A DNA stretch of 64,000 bases from Candidatus Omnitrophota bacterium (GTDB lineage Bacteria > Omnitrophota > Gorgyraeia > Gygaellales > Profunditerraquicolaceae): contig JAPLLW010000016.1 in NCBI GenBank assembly GCA_026387355.1, positions 6,240 through 70,239 of the forward strand, given 5' to 3'. Position 1 is the first letter of the stretch. Every line of letters starts with the position of its first letter. The translations under genes were made by a program, and so were the position numbers. This document shows positions 1-12,236 of this stretch, piece after piece. A model generated the notes under the pieces. It was not told the DNA's origin. It ran no database searches and saw nothing but the letters and a program-made list of their open reading frames with translations.

Positions 1-340
1 CGATTCCAGGAACACCAAAAACATGTTATATCTTTGCGTGACTTACCTTGCAATATGTCTATTTTTTCAATATGATAATCTATTCCTAGATTTTTAAAAT
101 GCTCCGCCAATAACTTGGGATGATGGCAAGGATATCCCATATCCACATGCACAGCCAGAAGCTCATATTTAATCGGCACAAATTTCCTACGCTCATTAAG
201 TATCTGCAGTAAAGTCAAACTGTCTTTACCGCCGGATATAGCAACAAGCACCTTATCGCCATCGGTAAGCATATCATAATCCATGATTGCTTTTCCTACG
301 CGTTTAGAGATATAAAATCCTGGGCCTCGTAAAGTTGACA
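1..340 (-). CDS. ttcA: tRNA 2-thiocytidine synthase TtcA-like PP-loop ATPase (3' end cut by window edge)
   Basis: Reverse translation from the ATG at 338-340 gives MSTLRGPGFYISKRVGKAIMDYDMLTDGDKVLVAISGGKDSLTLL... The SGGKDS PP-loop and a CxxC (CFWCSW) match the TtcA family. The ORF runs off coordinate 1. Confidence 0.6.
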
Positions 341-364
341 TAATTATACTTGGGGGCACCTCTG

Positions 365-398
365 GAAATAGGGTCAGAATTAATTCTGACCCTATTTC
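365..398. repeat. perfect 34-bp palindrome GAAATAGGGTCAGAATTAATTCTGACCCTATTTC abutting the HD-GYP stop codon
   Basis: Read directly. The arms are exact reverse complements with no loop. It sits in the 58-bp gap between the ttcA start (340) and the HD-GYP stop (399-401). Confidence 0.8.
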
Positions 399-1766
399 TC
401 AGGTGTCCTCTAGGGAGAGGATGAAGGCGTCGACTATTTCAGCGTCAAACTGCTTATGCCTGTTTTCTTTTAATCTACGCATAGCTTCTTCTTTACCAAA
501 AGATTTACGATAGGATCTGTCTGAAGTCATTGCATCATAAGCATCAGACACGGTGACAATCGCAACTAACTTAGAGATTTTTTCTGCGGACAAACCATTT
601 GGATAACCCTGCCCATCCTGCCGTTCATGATGACCGCTTACGATAGATAGGCCCGGCCTTAAGAATTCGATAAACTTTAATATATCTGCTCCAACTTGAG
701 GATGCATCTTCATTATCTTCCATTCATCACTGGTCAGCGGCCCGGGCTTAGTAAGTATACTCTCGGGAACGCCGATCTTCCCTATGTCATGCAATATGCA
801 AGCTTCCTGCAAAAGGAGTATATCTGATTTTGAGAAATTCAAATATTCTGCCACGCCAACTGCATATTGGGCTACTCTTTCAGAATGCCCTTTGGTATAA
901 GGATCTTTAGCTTCAATTGCCCCCGCCAAGGCATGTATGGTATCGAGATAATATTTCTCAAGCTTAATGCGCGAGGCCTTAAGCTCATCAGTCATCTTGT
1001 TAAAAGCTTCAGCTAATTCTTCCAGCTCATCATTAGTCTCTAAGTTTACTTTCTTACTTAAATCTCCTCGACCAACCTCTCTAGCCCCTTGAGTAAGAAC
1101 ATGCAGCGGCTTAGTTATCCCCCGAGCCATTAACAATCCTATAAGCAGCGAAAAAATTAGGCCGACAAGGAAAACAAAGATGAACCTTTTAGCAAGCAAT
1201 AATTGCATCTTTTCTATAGATTCAGCCTTGACATCAAGAGCAATTATGGCTACAGCTTTACCTTGAGAATTATATAGCGGAGCGTATCCTGAAAGAAAGA
1301 GTCCCCATTTATCTCGGGTGATCTTCTTATCCACTGCTGGCTGCTGAAAAGCAAGCTTCATCTCAGGAAACTTCGAAACATCGTAATACTCTCCACAATA
1401 AGCACTTATCTTACGCTTATCTCCTGAATCAACTAAAAATATCCAGGAATATTCTTTATCGGATTTAATCATTATATACACGCTATCAATAAGCAAATCT
1501 GTTTTTCTTATTTCTCTTAAAACATCGCGGGTCTGAGCATATAATTCTGTACCCTGGCTGGATAACTCCGGCCTTATCTGTACCATTTTATTAACGTCAA
1601 TAAGCATAGCGGAGATCTTTGCCAAGCCTAATATCCTATCCCGCAGTTCTGACTCCTGACGCATAATCGAAACTTTATACACAAGATAGGTAGTAGCAGT
1701 TAAAGCAATAAAAGTTACCAACAAAAAAGCAATGATAAATTTAACTCTAAAACTTATAAACTTCAT
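399..1766 (-). CDS. membrane sensor with HAMP and HD-GYP phosphohydrolase domains (putative c-di-GMP phosphodiesterase)
   Basis: Two N-terminal TM helices flank a ~150-aa periplasmic segment. A HAMP-like region follows, then HDIGK ... GHHERQDGQGYP, the HD-GYP signature. Confidence 0.8.
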   Translation of the reverse strand: MKFISFRVKFIIAFLLVTFIALTATTYLVYKVSIMRQESELRDRILGLAKISAMLIDVNKMVQIRPELSSQGTELYAQTRDVLREIRKTDLLIDSVYIMIKSDKEYSWIFLVDSGDKRKISAYCGEYYDVSKFPEMKLAFQQPAVDKKITRDKWGLFLSGYAPLYNSQGKAVAIIALDVKAESIEKMQLLLAKRFIFVFLVGLIFSLLIGLLMARGITKPLHVLTQGAREVGRGDLSKKVNLETNDELEELAEAFNKMTDELKASRIKLEKYYLDTIHALAGAIEAKDPYTKGHSERVAQYAVGVAEYLNFSKSDILLLQEACILHDIGKIGVPESILTKPGPLTSDEWKIMKMHPQVGADILKFIEFLRPGLSIVSGHHERQDGQGYPNGLSAEKISKLVAIVTVSDAYDAMTSDRSYRKSFGKEEAMRRLKENRHKQFDAEIVDAFILSLEDT

Positions 1767-3583
1767 TAATCTGCTCCTTCCCTTCCTGAAGATTTAGCCA
1801 TATCGCGTATTGTTTTATTAATTTTATGATTCCTCAACTCCTCGATAGAAAGCGGTATAAGCAAAGACCAATTCTTATCGCTGATTGTCCCGGGGGTATT
1901 AATTCTATATTCATAAGCATCATTTTTAAGGATATCTCCTAAATAAAGAAGATCAAAGATAGTATTAATGGCAAAAAGAGAGCCTGCCTCAAGATTCAAC
2001 CTTAAAGCAGCCTGTAAAACTAAGCTATCACTCTTTTCGCGCATCGGCCCACTTAGCGCTAACTGCTTCCAGAGCTTTTCCTTCTCATGGTAGGTATTCT
2101 CATATAAATCTACCAAATCTGTCAGGTGCTCTCTAGGTATAGGTCCATCGATAGAGAGGACCCTTACTAACTTCTCGACTGAATCAACCTCTTCTCTCCA
2201 ACGCATTCTTCCGTGCAAGGAGCGGCTTAAATCGAATAATTTATCCTTTACTCTCTCAAAACCTATATTGCGATGATCCGAACACTTGCGCATAAATAAA
2301 GCCTCATCGACTGTTCCTGCTTCGTTCTCCCACCAGGCCGGCCAATTGGTAGTATCATGAGTAGAAAGCATCGCCACTGAAAGCTTGCGATAATCCGAAG
2401 GCTTCAAGAAATCATGCGCGGTTTTCCAGTCCTTTACCCAACGGCCAACGTCATTACCGGGAATATTTAAATCTTTTAAAGTCTGGGTGCAAGAATTGGG
2501 TATCACCCCTAAATCTTCAGCGCACAAGAACATATCTGTACTTTCAAGCATAACCTCTAAGATCTCTTTGCCGTGTTTACCCCAGACGGATTCATCTGCC
2601 GGATCAAAAAAACCATTTAAGCCCTGATTCTCCAAGGGCTCATTATAAGGAATGCTCCAGATACGGAATAACCCCACTACATGATCAATCCTTAAAACAT
2701 CATAGAAATTCTGGGCATACCTTAACTTTTCCCTTAAATATTTATATCCGTCCTGCTTAATTACCTCCCAATTATATGTAGGCATACCCCAACGCTGTCC
2801 TAGAGCTGCATACATATCGGGTGGTGCGCCTGCGGCAAACTCTAACTTAAAAAAATTAACATGCGCCCAGACATCAGCGCTATCCCGGGATACTAATATA
2901 GGTAGGTCTCCTTTTATAAATACATTCTTAGCCCGAGCATAATCTCGCACTCCCCTAAACTGCTCGAATAGTTGCCACTGAAGCCAAGCCTCGAAATTAA
3001 TTTCTTTTGAATATTTCTTACAGAAATCTTCAAGCGCTTTTCTATCTCGCTCTCTAAACTCTTGCGGCCAATCATACCAAGCTGCCCCCCTGTGCACCTG
3101 CTTGATTACTTTAAATAAAGAGAAATCTCTTAACCAATAAGCATTCTCTTCTTTAAAACTGCGTAAACCTTGCGGCTCAATTACATCTTGAAGTAAGAAT
3201 ATCTCCCATAGAAGACGCAACTTTTCAACTTTAATCGAATAATTCAGAAAAGCTTTCCCTTTCTGCAACCCCTTACGTAGATTCTCAATCTGCCTTTTCA
3301 GGGACTTGTCTTTTGGAAGAGGTAAATCAAGGAAAGAGATGTAGGCGGGCTCTAAAGCAAAAGAGCTCGAGGAGTCATACGGACAATCTTGCCCCCCCAT
3401 TTCATTCATTGGAAGAAGCTGCAGCAAAGAATTACTGTTTTCGCAAATCCAATCTACCAACAGTTTTAAATCACTAAAGTCGCCTATGCCAAAACTATTT
3501 TTTGAATATACAGAAAAGAGCGGGACTAGTACCCCCACCCTTTTCTTGGAGAGAAAAGCTGCGCGCGAAAGAAGTTGTGCCAT
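1766..3583 (-). CDS. malQ: 4-alpha-glucanotransferase (amylomaltase, GH77)
   Basis: 605 aa. The FGIGDFSDL N-terminal motif and overall MalQ-like sequence are present. Confidence 0.8.
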   Translation of the reverse strand: MAQLLSRAAFLSKKRVGVLVPLFSVYSKNSFGIGDFSDLKLLVDWICENSNSLLQLLPMNEMGGQDCPYDSSSSFALEPAYISFLDLPLPKDKSLKRQIENLRKGLQKGKAFLNYSIKVEKLRLLWEIFLLQDVIEPQGLRSFKEENAYWLRDFSLFKVIKQVHRGAAWYDWPQEFRERDRKALEDFCKKYSKEINFEAWLQWQLFEQFRGVRDYARAKNVFIKGDLPILVSRDSADVWAHVNFFKLEFAAGAPPDMYAALGQRWGMPTYNWEVIKQDGYKYLREKLRYAQNFYDVLRIDHVVGLFRIWSIPYNEPLENQGLNGFFDPADESVWGKHGKEILEVMLESTDMFLCAEDLGVIPNSCTQTLKDLNIPGNDVGRWVKDWKTAHDFLKPSDYRKLSVAMLSTHDTTNWPAWWENEAGTVDEALFMRKCSDHRNIGFERVKDKLFDLSRSLHGRMRWREEVDSVEKLVRVLSIDGPIPREHLTDLVDLYENTYHEKEKLWKQLALSGPMREKSDSLVLQAALRLNLEAGSLFAINTIFDLLYLGDILKNDAYEYRINTPGTISDKNWSLLIPLSIEELRNHKINKTIRDMAKSSGREGAD

Positions 3584-3592
3584 CTTTTACAA

Positions 3593-4399
3593 TTAGGGGA
3601 TAAAGAAACGTAATATCTTATCAAACCAGAATACGGAAATTAACGCAGCCATTGAAAGAAACGGCCCATAGGGAATAGTATGATCTTTTTTAGTAACTAA
3701 GTTGACTATCCCGACTGCAGCGCCAAAAAATGGGGCAATAAAGAAAGTGAGTAGCGCCCCCTGCCAGCCCAAGAATGCGCCGATCATCGCTAATAACTTT
3801 ACATCCCCTCCTCCCATAGATTCAGTCTCACCCTGAATAGGAGGTTTTTTAAGTATCTTAAAATAGATCTGATCAAATATCCAACCCGTAAGAAAAATAA
3901 CTCCTCCTCCGACAAAGATTCCCAGGAGAGAATTTAGCATAGGTTTAAAATTAAAGGCGAATGGATTGATATATACCCCTCTGATAGTACTTAATATCAG
4001 ACCGACAATCATTCCACCCACAGAAATTTCATCAGGGATAATTCTATGCGGTATATCAATAAAAGTAGCAATAATCAGGCCGCAGGCCAGAACAAAATAA
4101 AAGAAAAAGTTGTAACTTAAACCGTAGCGCACAAAGAATGCCAGAAATAACAGAGCTGTGATTAACTCCACAAGAGGATAACGTAAAGAAATCCTGTCTT
4201 TACAGATCCGGCACCTTCCTTTTAAAAGAATAAAGCTTATAAACGGTATATTATCGTAGCCCGGGATTCTCTTTTTGCATTTAGGGCAATGAGAGCGCGG
4301 CCAGACTACTGATTCAGATTTAGGCATGCGATGGATGCACACGTTTAAGAAACTACCGACTACAGAACCAAAAATAAATACAATTATATTTGCAATCAC
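3593..4399 (-). CDS. pilD: prepilin (type IV leader) peptidase, A24 family
   Basis: Polytopic membrane protein. The CPKC...CRIC zinc-binding tetracysteine loop sits between TM1 and TM2, typical of PilD/TadV. Confidence 0.8.
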   Translation of the reverse strand: MIANIIVFIFGSVVGSFLNVCIHRMPKSESVVWPRSHCPKCKKRIPGYDNIPFISFILLKGRCRICKDRISLRYPLVELITALLFLAFFVRYGLSYNFFFYFVLACGLIIATFIDIPHRIIPDEISVGGMIVGLILSTIRGVYINPFAFNFKPMLNSLLGIFVGGGVIFLTGWIFDQIYFKILKKPPIQGETESMGGGDVKLLAMIGAFLGWQGALLTFFIAPFFGAAVGIVNLVTKKDHTIPYGPFLSMAALISVFWFDKILRFFIP

Positions 4400-5268
4400 A
4401 ATCTCCTCCTTTTACGCACTTTTGCTGCTTTAAGGCTTGCTTTTTCCAAAACCTTGCGCATTAAATCTATCGGTACTTTCTTAGGTGATATCCAAAGACT
4501 CAATGCCTCTACCCCCTGATAAAGCAACATCCCCAAACCATTTGAACAGGCTAACCCATTCTCTCTAGCTAGTTTTAATAACTTTGTCTCAGAAGGATTA
4601 TAGATTAAATCGTACACAAATAAATCTTTATGTAATAACGCAGAATTCAATAAAAGCGGATCGTCGGGCTTCATGCCTACCGGAGAAGCATTAATTAAAA
4701 GATCCTTATCTTCTAAATTAAGCTCACTTATACTCCCGGCAGCCATAAACTGCATCTCGGGGAAAATCTGGTTAAATCTTTGCATTAGAGAAAGCGAACG
4801 AAAATTATCGACATCGTAAATAGCAACAAACTCTGTCTTCATCTTCCCAAAAGCAAAACATAGCGCCTTAGCCGCCCCGCCTGCGCCAATTAGGGCAACT
4901 CTTTTGGGTTTTATTTTTAACTCCTTGAGATGTTGAATGAACCCGAGATAATCCGTATTAAAAAACTTAACCTTGTCTTTTTTATCGATTACCAGAGTAT
5001 TAGCAGCACCGATTGCATTTACTGCTTCGGTCTTATAGCCAGAGATATACTTCAGAATCTTTTCTTTATAAGGTATGGTAATATTAAGTCCGTGTATATT
5101 CTTTTTCTTAATATTCGATAAGAAAACCCAGAGGTCTTTTTCTTTTAACGGGAAGAGCTTATAGCTGGCTTTTAATTTAAGTGCGGATAGAGCAGCATTA
5201 TGCATTAATGGCGAGAGGCTATGATGAATAGGTTCTCCTATTAATCCGTAAACACAAACCTTCTTCAT
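4396..5268 (-). CDS. aroE: shikimate dehydrogenase
   Basis: GLIGEPIHHSLSPLMHNAA N-terminus and a GAGGAAKA Rossmann loop. Confidence 0.85.
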   Translation of the reverse strand: MKKVCVYGLIGEPIHHSLSPLMHNAALSALKLKASYKLFPLKEKDLWVFLSNIKKKNIHGLNITIPYKEKILKYISGYKTEAVNAIGAANTLVIDKKDKVKFFNTDYLGFIQHLKELKIKPKRVALIGAGGAAKALCFAFGKMKTEFVAIYDVDNFRSLSLMQRFNQIFPEMQFMAAGSISELNLEDKDLLINASPVGMKPDDPLLLNSALLHKDLFVYDLIYNPSETKLLKLARENGLACSNGLGMLLYQGVEALSLWISPKKVPIDLMRKVLEKASLKAAKVRKRRRL

Positions 5269-6773
5269 TTATCCCCTGCCCTGTTTGCTGCATCCAGATA
5301 GGCCCTGATTGCAGCTTCAATGATATCCGTGCTTGCGCCCCTGCCGCTAAAAATAGCATCTCCTATCTTAAGCTTTAAACCAACCTGTCCTAATGCGTCT
5401 TTACCGGAAGTAACCGCTTCTAGATGAAAATCCTCTAATTTTGCTTTAAAGCCGGTGATTTTATCTATGGCTTTAAAACATGCATCTACCGGGCCATCGC
5501 CGGAAGATACACCTGAAACTTTTTTGCCTTTTTTAATCAACTCAACCTCGGCCTTAGGCTTAATAGCTGTGCCGGAAGTGACTTCAAAACTTCCTAATTG
5601 CCAAAGCGGCTTTGATACGCGCAACTCATCCTCAACCAGGATACGCAAATCATCGTCAAAGACCTCTTTTTTCTTATCGGCAACTTCTTTGAAACGGATA
5701 AAGGCTTTATTTAATTGATCATCATCTAGATGAAATCCCAGCGCTTTTAATCTATCGCGAAAGGCGTGTCTTCCGGAATGCTTTCCCATAATAAGCCGAC
5801 TATCAGAGATTCCCACGTCATGCGGATTCATAATCTCATATGTAGTCTTATTCTTTAATACCGCATCTTGATGAATACCGGATTCATGAGCAAAGGCGTT
5901 TCTGCCGACAATGGCTTTATTCGGAGGGACAACGAAATTTGTAAGATTACTCACCAGGCGCGAAGTGCGATATATCTCTTTAGTATTTATATCCAGATAA
6001 AAATTACTGAATACGTCTTTGCGTGTCTTAATTGCCATAACAATCTCTTCCAGAGATGCGTTTCCTGCGCGCTCACCAATTCCATTAATAGTACAATGCA
6101 CCTGCCTTGCTCCGGCTAAAACCGCAGAGAGTGAGTTAGCAACTGCCATACCCAAGTCATCATGGCAGTGGATAGCGATAACTGCTTTATTGATATTTGG
6201 AACACTTGCTTTTATATCGCTTATTAAAGAGAAGACCTCCTGAGGATAGCTGTAGCCGACGGTATCGGGAATGTTAATAGTCTTAGCCCCCTCTTCAATC
6301 GCCGCCTCAATCACCCTAAATAAAAATGAGCGCTCTGAGCGCGTAGCATCCTCAGGCGAGAACTCAATATCATCACAAAGTCTTCTAGCTAATTTAACGG
6401 CCTGTCTGGCCAATATAAGAATTTCGTCTTCTGCCTTCTTGAACTTATATTCCAGATGGATCTTAGAGGTAGCCAAAAATAGATGCAAGCGCGGATGCTT
6501 TGCGTTTTTGAGAGAGCTCGCTGCAGCTTCAATATCCTGCTTTAAACAACGCGCCAAGCCGCAAATAGCACTTTTCTTAATATTCTTCGATATTTCGGCT
6601 ACTGCCTTAAAATCTCCCGGTGAGGCAATAGGAAAACCTGCCTCAATAACATCTACTCCAAGCTTTTCGAGTTGAAAAGCAATTTCAAGTTTCTGCTGCG
6701 CAGTTAATGAGGCACCGGGGGCTTGCTCTCCATCACGAAGTGTTGTATCAAAAATAATTAATTTCTCTGCCAT
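5265..6773 (-). CDS. leuA: 2-isopropylmalate synthase
   Basis: LRDGEQ and [14 protein letters not shown] motifs. 502 aa with the C-terminal LeuA regulatory domain. Lies next to ilvC/ilvBN. Confidence 0.85.
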   Translation of the reverse strand: MAEKLIIFDTTLRDGEQAPGASLTAQQKLEIAFQLEKLGVDVIEAGFPIASPGDFKAVAEISKNIKKSAICGLARCLKQDIEAAASSLKNAKHPRLHLFLATSKIHLEYKFKKAEDEILILARQAVKLARRLCDDIEFSPEDATRSERSFLFRVIEAAIEEGAKTINIPDTVGYSYPQEVFSLISDIKASVPNINKAVIAIHCHDDLGMAVANSLSAVLAGARQVHCTINGIGERAGNASLEEIVMAIKTRKDVFSNFYLDINTKEIYRTSRLVSNLTNFVVPPNKAIVGRNAFAHESGIHQDAVLKNKTTYEIMNPHDVGISDSRLIMGKHSGRHAFRDRLKALGFHLDDDQLNKAFIRFKEVADKKKEVFDDDLRILVEDELRVSKPLWQLGSFEVTSGTAIKPKAEVELIKKGKKVSGVSSGDGPVDACFKAIDKITGFKAKLEDFHLEAVTSGKDALGQVGLKLKIGDAIFSGRGASTDIIEAAIRAYLDAANRAGDK

Positions 6774-6776
6774 AGT

Positions 6777-7412
6777 TTATTTTATTTCAAGTGAATTAAC
6801 AGCCTTCTCAAACTTAGCTACGTTATTATTAAAATTATCTACCTTATCAGTACAAGTAAGCGTATAGCCTAACTTATCCTTTATAAAAAGATAGACTGAG
6901 GACTTCATGCGAATTTCAAGATAGCCTCTGACCATCGTACCCTCATAGACGAAGTGGGCAGCGTCTTTACCACTTAGCTTAATCATTTTAGGATCTACTA
7001 AAACCTTAATGTCTTTAAACATCGTCTTGATATTCATTAAAGAAGCATTTGCATAGTCCATTGCATTGTCAATATAGCTACCGGAGAGCGGCTCAGTAAC
7101 TAATGCGACGTTTGGATTATATTCAATAGGCGAGCCAAACTGATATTGCGAAAACATAACCAGGACCCCGACTCTTTTAATTGCTTCCTTCAATGATTCC
7201 GTACTCGTAAGATCTGCTATCCCCTTAGCTAATGCCTGTTGCACCTTGTCTCCCGGAGTAATAAACCAACTATCCGGACAATTAATTTTTACCCCCATCT
7301 CAACATTTTCATAAGATAAAGGTGCTTCATCTTTTGCTTGGACAAAAGTTGGTCCGAGCGCTAAACAAAGAACTAAGCTAAAAACAAATATCTTGGCTCT
7401 ATTAAATAACAT
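6777..7412 (-). CDS. hypothetical secreted protein (signal peptide, SPase I type)
   Basis: N-terminal MLFNRAKIFVFSLVLCLALGPTFVQA followed by KDE. No recognisable domain. Embedded between ilvC and leuA. Confidence 0.5.
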   Translation of the reverse strand: MLFNRAKIFVFSLVLCLALGPTFVQAKDEAPLSYENVEMGVKINCPDSWFITPGDKVQQALAKGIADLTSTESLKEAIKRVGVLVMFSQYQFGSPIEYNPNVALVTEPLSGSYIDNAMDYANASLMNIKTMFKDIKVLVDPKMIKLSGKDAAHFVYEGTMVRGYLEIRMKSSVYLFIKDKLGYTLTCTDKVDNFNNNVAKFEKAVNSLEIK

Positions 7413-7426
7413 AATACACCGCCTTT

Positions 7427-8437
7427 CTATTTTTTCATCCAGGGCATCATCTCTCTTAACTGCTTGCCCACTTTTTCAATTAAATGATTATCACCTTCAG
7501 AAATAAGTTTATTGAAATTCGGCCGGCCATCAACATTCTCCTTAATCCACTCTTTAGCAAACTTTCCTGACTTTATTTCTTTTAAAATCTTCTGCATCTC
7601 CTTGCGCGTCTTAGCCGTAATGATTCTTGGCCCACGGGTTAAATCACCATAACAAGCTGTATTCGATACACCTCTACGCATCCCGGATATACCGCGCTCT
7701 TGAATTAAATCAGTGATTAGTTTTAACTCATGTAGAACTTCAAAATAAGCAATCTCCGGCTGGTATCCTGCGTCAATTAAAGTATCAAAGCCTGCTTTAA
7801 TTAACTCGGTTACTCCTCCGCAGAGAACTGCCTGTTCGCCAAAAAGATCGGTTTCGGTCTCCTCTTCAAAAGTCGTCTCAATTACGCCAGCGGTAGTAGC
7901 TTTAATTGCCTTGGCATAAGCAAGCGCTAAATCCTTTGCCTGGCCAGATGCATCCTGGTAAACAGCGATAAGCGACGGCACTCCCTTGCCCTCTTCATAC
8001 ATCTTTCTCACTAATGCCCCTGGTCCTTTAGGCGCAACCATAAATACATCCACATTCTTTGGAGGCTTAATCTGTTTAAAACGGATATTAAAACCATGCG
8101 AAAAGCAGAGGGCCTTGCCTTTTTTTAGGTTCGGTTTTATCGCTTCAAGATAGACTTTAGCCTGCACATGATCCTGAGTTAAAATCTGAATAATATCGGC
8201 TGCCTTTGCTGCTTCAACAGCACTAACCGGGATAAAACCATCACTCTTGGCTAATTCATAATTAGGAGTACCAGACATTTCCGATACAACCACATGCATC
8301 CCGGAATCTCTTAAGCATAGCGATTGACCGCGACCCTGTATTCCATAACCGATTATTGCAATGGTCTTATTCTTTAGTAGACTTAAATCTGCATCCTTAT
8401 CATAATAAATCTTTGCCATTTCAAAGCTCCTCTCCAT
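7427..8437 (-). CDS. ilvC: ketol-acid reductoisomerase
   Basis: [21 protein letters not shown] Rossmann N-terminus and a class I KARI-like length. Confidence 0.9.
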   Translation of the reverse strand: MERSFEMAKIYYDKDADLSLLKNKTIAIIGYGIQGRGQSLCLRDSGMHVVVSEMSGTPNYELAKSDGFIPVSAVEAAKAADIIQILTQDHVQAKVYLEAIKPNLKKGKALCFSHGFNIRFKQIKPPKNVDVFMVAPKGPGALVRKMYEEGKGVPSLIAVYQDASGQAKDLALAYAKAIKATTAGVIETTFEEETETDLFGEQAVLCGGVTELIKAGFDTLIDAGYQPEIAYFEVLHELKLITDLIQERGISGMRRGVSNTACYGDLTRGPRIITAKTRKEMQKILKEIKSGKFAKEWIKENVDGRPNFNKLISEGDNHLIEKVGKQLREMMPWMKK

Positions 8438-8913
8438 TATTTACTGATTGCCAATTTACCTGTCTTAACTAATTCCTTTACGCCAAATTTGCTCAATTCT
8501 TCAAGCAAGGATTTTATCTGCTCCCCATCCCCCACCGCCTCAATAATCGCAAAATCATCTTTAAGATGAATAATCTTTCCTACATATTTACTAAAAATCA
8601 ATCCCAACTTCTCCTTGTCTTTTTGAGTATAATTTATCTTTGCCAGAATTAATTCCCGGTCAATATGCTCTTTTTTAGTAAAATCGGTTACTGTGATTAC
8701 GTCGATTAATTTATTCAGCTGTTTGTTGATTTGTTCCAAAATCTTTTCATCTTGAGCCTCCACCACAATAGTCATGTACGAAATTGTGGGATCCAGAGTC
8801 TCAGAAACCGCTAAAGATGCTATATTGTACCCACGCGCACTAAATAAACCTGCTACGCGAGCTAGTACTCCGAATTTATTCTCAACTAGAACCGAAATTG
8901 TATGTTTCATCAA
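8437..8913 (-). CDS. ilvN: acetolactate synthase small (regulatory) subunit
   Basis: ACT-domain protein starting [31 protein letters not shown]. Overlaps ilvB and ilvC by a few nucleotides. Confidence 0.85.
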   Translation of the reverse strand: MMKHTISVLVENKFGVLARVAGLFSARGYNIASLAVSETLDPTISYMTIVVEAQDEKILEQINKQLNKLIDVITVTDFTKKEHIDRELILAKINYTQKDKEKLGLIFSKYVGKIIHLKDDFAIIEAVGDGEQIKSLLEELSKFGVKELVKTGKLAISK

Positions 8914-10577
8914 GCTATCCCATCAATCATATTGTTAATTGCCTGTCCGGCAGGAACCATGGGCCAGACATTCTCCTCTGGTTCAATAATAAATTCTACA
9001 AACACCGTTTTATCTGTTTTTATAGCCTTTTGCAAGGCTTTGCGTACATCATTTTTCTTTGTAACCCTTATCCCCACTGCCCCGTAACTTTGAGCAAGTT
9101 TAACAAAATCCGGGCTGGTAATAGGAGTATAAGAATAACGTTTTTTATAGAATAGCTCCTGCCACTGCCTAACCATCCCTAAAAATCCATTGTTAAAAAT
9201 CAAGACTTTCACGTTAATCTTATTTGCCACACAAGTAGCTAGCTCCTGGATGTTCATCTGAATTGAACCGTCGCCTGCAATATTAAAAACTTCCTTCCCG
9301 GGAACGCCGATTTTTGCTCCCATGGCAGCAGGAAATCCAAACCCCATCGTCCCCAAGCCTCCGCTTGAAATCCATGACCGAGGCTCTAGGTGATTATACC
9401 ACTGACATGCCCACATCTGGCTCTGCCCCACCTCAGTACAGATTATTGCATCGCCTTTAGTCAAATCCCAAAGCTGCTCTAATATATACTGCGGCTTAAG
9501 CAATTTACCGGTGCCCTTATAAGTTAAAGGGTGCTTTCTCTTCCATGCATCAATAGTCTTAAGCCATAAAGAAGTATCCGAAACGTTCTTTATCTCTTTA
9601 AGCAGCTCTCCAATAATATTCTTTGCATCACCGACTATCGGTATATCCACCCGAATATTCTTGCTAATTGATGACGGATCTATGTCAATATGAATTACTT
9701 TTGCATACGGGGCAAAATGATCAAGCCTGCCAGTTACCCGATCATCAAAGCGTGCGCCCACAGCAATAATCAAATCCGCTTCCATTGTTGCGTGATTTGC
9801 ATATGCAGTCCCATGCATGCCAAGCATACCCAGGGATAATTTATGCGTGCCCGGGAATCCCCCCAACCCCATAAATGTAGTAGTTACCGGAGCCTTAATC
9901 ATTTCTGCCAACTTCCTTAAAACTAGATTAGCCCCCGAGGTAATTACTCCACCGCCTGCATAAATAATCGGCTTCTTAGCCTGAGATATTAACTTTGCTG
10001 CTTTTTTAATCTGTCCTGGATGCCCAAAATAAGTAGGCTGGTAACTACGTATATTTATGCTTTCCGGCCAGATAAAATCTGTCTCTGCCCGTTGAACATC
10101 AACAGGTATATCAATAAGCACAGGACCAGGCCTACCACTAGATGCAATATAGAAAGCTTCGGCAATAGTGCGCGCCAAATCCTTAACATCTTTAACCAGA
10201 AAATTATGTTTGGTAATAGAGCGGGTGATCCCGGTTACATCTGCCTCCTGAAAAGCATCATTTCCTATTAAATGTGTACCTACCTGCCCAGTTATGGCAA
10301 CCATGGGTATAGAATCCATATAGGCATTAGCAATACCGGTAACTAAATTCGTTGCACCGGGACCAGAGGTAGCAAGGCATACTCCGACTTTACCTGTTGC
10401 GCGGGCATAACCATCAGCAGCGTGAGCTGCCCCCTGCTCATGACGGGTTAGAATAAACTTGATTTTAAAATCATAAAGCGCATCAAATATTGGCAGCACC
10501 GAACCACCGGGATAGCCAAAGATGACTTCCACCCCTTCGCGCTTTAATGATTCCAATAATATTTGTGAACCCTTCAT
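8910..10577 (-). CDS. ilvB: acetolactate synthase large subunit (ThDP-dependent)
   Basis: 555 aa with ThDP-enzyme motifs ([14 protein letters not shown]..., [12 protein letters not shown]). Confidence 0.9.
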   Translation of the reverse strand: MKGSQILLESLKREGVEVIFGYPGGSVLPIFDALYDFKIKFILTRHEQGAAHAADGYARATGKVGVCLATSGPGATNLVTGIANAYMDSIPMVAITGQVGTHLIGNDAFQEADVTGITRSITKHNFLVKDVKDLARTIAEAFYIASSGRPGPVLIDIPVDVQRAETDFIWPESINIRSYQPTYFGHPGQIKKAAKLISQAKKPIIYAGGGVITSGANLVLRKLAEMIKAPVTTTFMGLGGFPGTHKLSLGMLGMHGTAYANHATMEADLIIAVGARFDDRVTGRLDHFAPYAKVIHIDIDPSSISKNIRVDIPIVGDAKNIIGELLKEIKNVSDTSLWLKTIDAWKRKHPLTYKGTGKLLKPQYILEQLWDLTKGDAIICTEVGQSQMWACQWYNHLEPRSWISSGGLGTMGFGFPAAMGAKIGVPGKEVFNIAGDGSIQMNIQELATCVANKINVKVLIFNNGFLGMVRQWQELFYKKRYSYTPITSPDFVKLAQSYGAVGIRVTKKNDVRKALQKAIKTDKTVFVEFIIEPEENVWPMVPAGQAINNMIDGIA

Positions 10578-12226
10578 CTTAAAACCGCACCTTTATCTGC
10601 AGAACTCACCTGCTTTAAATATCTAGAGAGATAACCAGTTTTAATCTTTGGGCTAACCGGCCTCCATCTTTTTAATCTTTTTTCAATATCCTGCTTACTT
10701 AGTTTCACTTCTAATTTTCTGTTAGGGATATCGATTGTAATTATATCGCCATCTTTTAGGATTGCGATCGGCCCTCCTGCTGAAGCCTCCGGAGATATAT
10801 GGCCGATACAAGGGCCTTTTGTCCCGCCTGAAAAACGACCGTCAGTAATTAAGGCTACGCAGTCCGCTAAACCCAAACCTACAATTGCAGCAGTAGGAGC
10901 AAGCATCTCGCGCATCCCGGGACCACCCGATGGGCCCTCATAACGGATGACTACGCAATCTCCCTTTTTAATTTTATTATTCATGATCGCCTGCATTGCC
11001 TCTTCTTCGCGGTTAAAAACCTTGGCCTTTCCGGTAAATTTCATCATCTTTTCGCTTACCCCGGACTGCTTAACTACCGCACCATTAGGAGCAAGATTTC
11101 CATATAAAACAGCGATCCCTCCCTGCTTATGGTAGGCTTTATTTAATGGCCGGATCACATCTTCATCTGATATACTTGCTTTATCGGCAATTTCGAAAGT
11201 CTTTTCTCCGCTAACATTCAAAACATTATTCAACTTTGATTTCAATCTTTTTAAAACCGCAGGGATTCCTCCGGCGTACTCTAAGTCCTCCATAAAATGC
11301 GTCCCTGACGGCTCTAAGCTTGTTATGTGCGGGGTATTCTTACTAATCTTATCAAAGGTTTTTAAATCTAAATCGATTCCCGCCTCATGTGCAATAGCCA
11401 TAAGATGTAAGACAGTATTACTTGAGCCGCCTAAAGCCATATCTACGACAATGGCATTTTCTAAAGACTTTTTGGTAACAATATCGCGTGGCTTAATATT
11501 TTTATTTATTAATTCCACAATGCGCTCGCCACTAGCCTGGGCAATTCTGCGTTTCTTAGCCGAGATAGCCAGTGCTGTTCCACAGCCCGGAATAGACATC
11601 CCCATAGTCTCAGTAAGACAGGCCATGGTATTAGCAGTATACAGACCTTGGCATGAACCTTGGCCGGGGCAGGCCTCCATCTCTAAACAGGATAATTCCT
11701 GCATAGAGATATCGCCTTTTCTTGCACGCCCCATACCTTCATAGGTATCATGCACAAAAGCTAATTTTCTTTTATTGAAACGTCCGGAAATCATCGGGCC
11801 TGCGGTTACGATAATTGCAGGGATATTTAATCTGGTAACACCCATAAGCATTCCAGGAGTAATCTTATCGCAATTAGTCAAACAGATGATTCCGTCTAAT
11901 TGATGCGCATTGCAAACTGTTTCGATAGTATCTGCGACAATCTCGCGTAAGGCCATAGGATAGCACATACCTAAATGCCCCATGGCAATACCGTCGCAAA
12001 TCCCGGGTACTCCAAAAATAAACGGCACACCCTGCCCATAACAGATACCCCGCTCGATAAAGCGCTCTAAATCGCGCATTCCGATATGGCCGGGAATAAG
12101 ATCAGTGAAAGATGAAGCGATGCCGATAAAAGGTCTGTTTAAATCTTTTTTAGATAAACCCGTAGCATGCAAAAGAGCGCGATGCGGAACTCTCTCTAAA
12201 CCTTTTTTGATCGTATCTGAACGCAT
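10574..12226 (-). CDS. ilvD: dihydroxy-acid dehydratase
   Basis: 550 aa. CDGIAMGH and CDKITPGM motifs of the IlvD/EDD family. Confidence 0.9.
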   Translation of the reverse strand: MRSDTIKKGLERVPHRALLHATGLSKKDLNRPFIGIASSFTDLIPGHIGMRDLERFIERGICYGQGVPFIFGVPGICDGIAMGHLGMCYPMALREIVADTIETVCNAHQLDGIICLTNCDKITPGMLMGVTRLNIPAIIVTAGPMISGRFNKRKLAFVHDTYEGMGRARKGDISMQELSCLEMEACPGQGSCQGLYTANTMACLTETMGMSIPGCGTALAISAKKRRIAQASGERIVELINKNIKPRDIVTKKSLENAIVVDMALGGSSNTVLHLMAIAHEAGIDLDLKTFDKISKNTPHITSLEPSGTHFMEDLEYAGGIPAVLKRLKSKLNNVLNVSGEKTFEIADKASISDEDVIRPLNKAYHKQGGIAVLYGNLAPNGAVVKQSGVSEKMMKFTGKAKVFNREEEAMQAIMNNKIKKGDCVVIRYEGPSGGPGMREMLAPTAAIVGLGLADCVALITDGRFSGGTKGPCIGHISPEASAGGPIAILKDGDIITIDIPNRKLEVKLSKQDIEKRLKRWRPVSPKIKTGYLSRYLKQVSSADKGAVLR

Positions 12227-12236
12227 ATATTCTCCT

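Noticed and set aside
365-398. Reading the 34-bp perfect palindrome as a rho-independent terminator
   Set aside because: There is no U tract on either strand after the stem and no loop nucleotides. It more likely is a protein-binding or repeat element, kept as a repeat feature instead.
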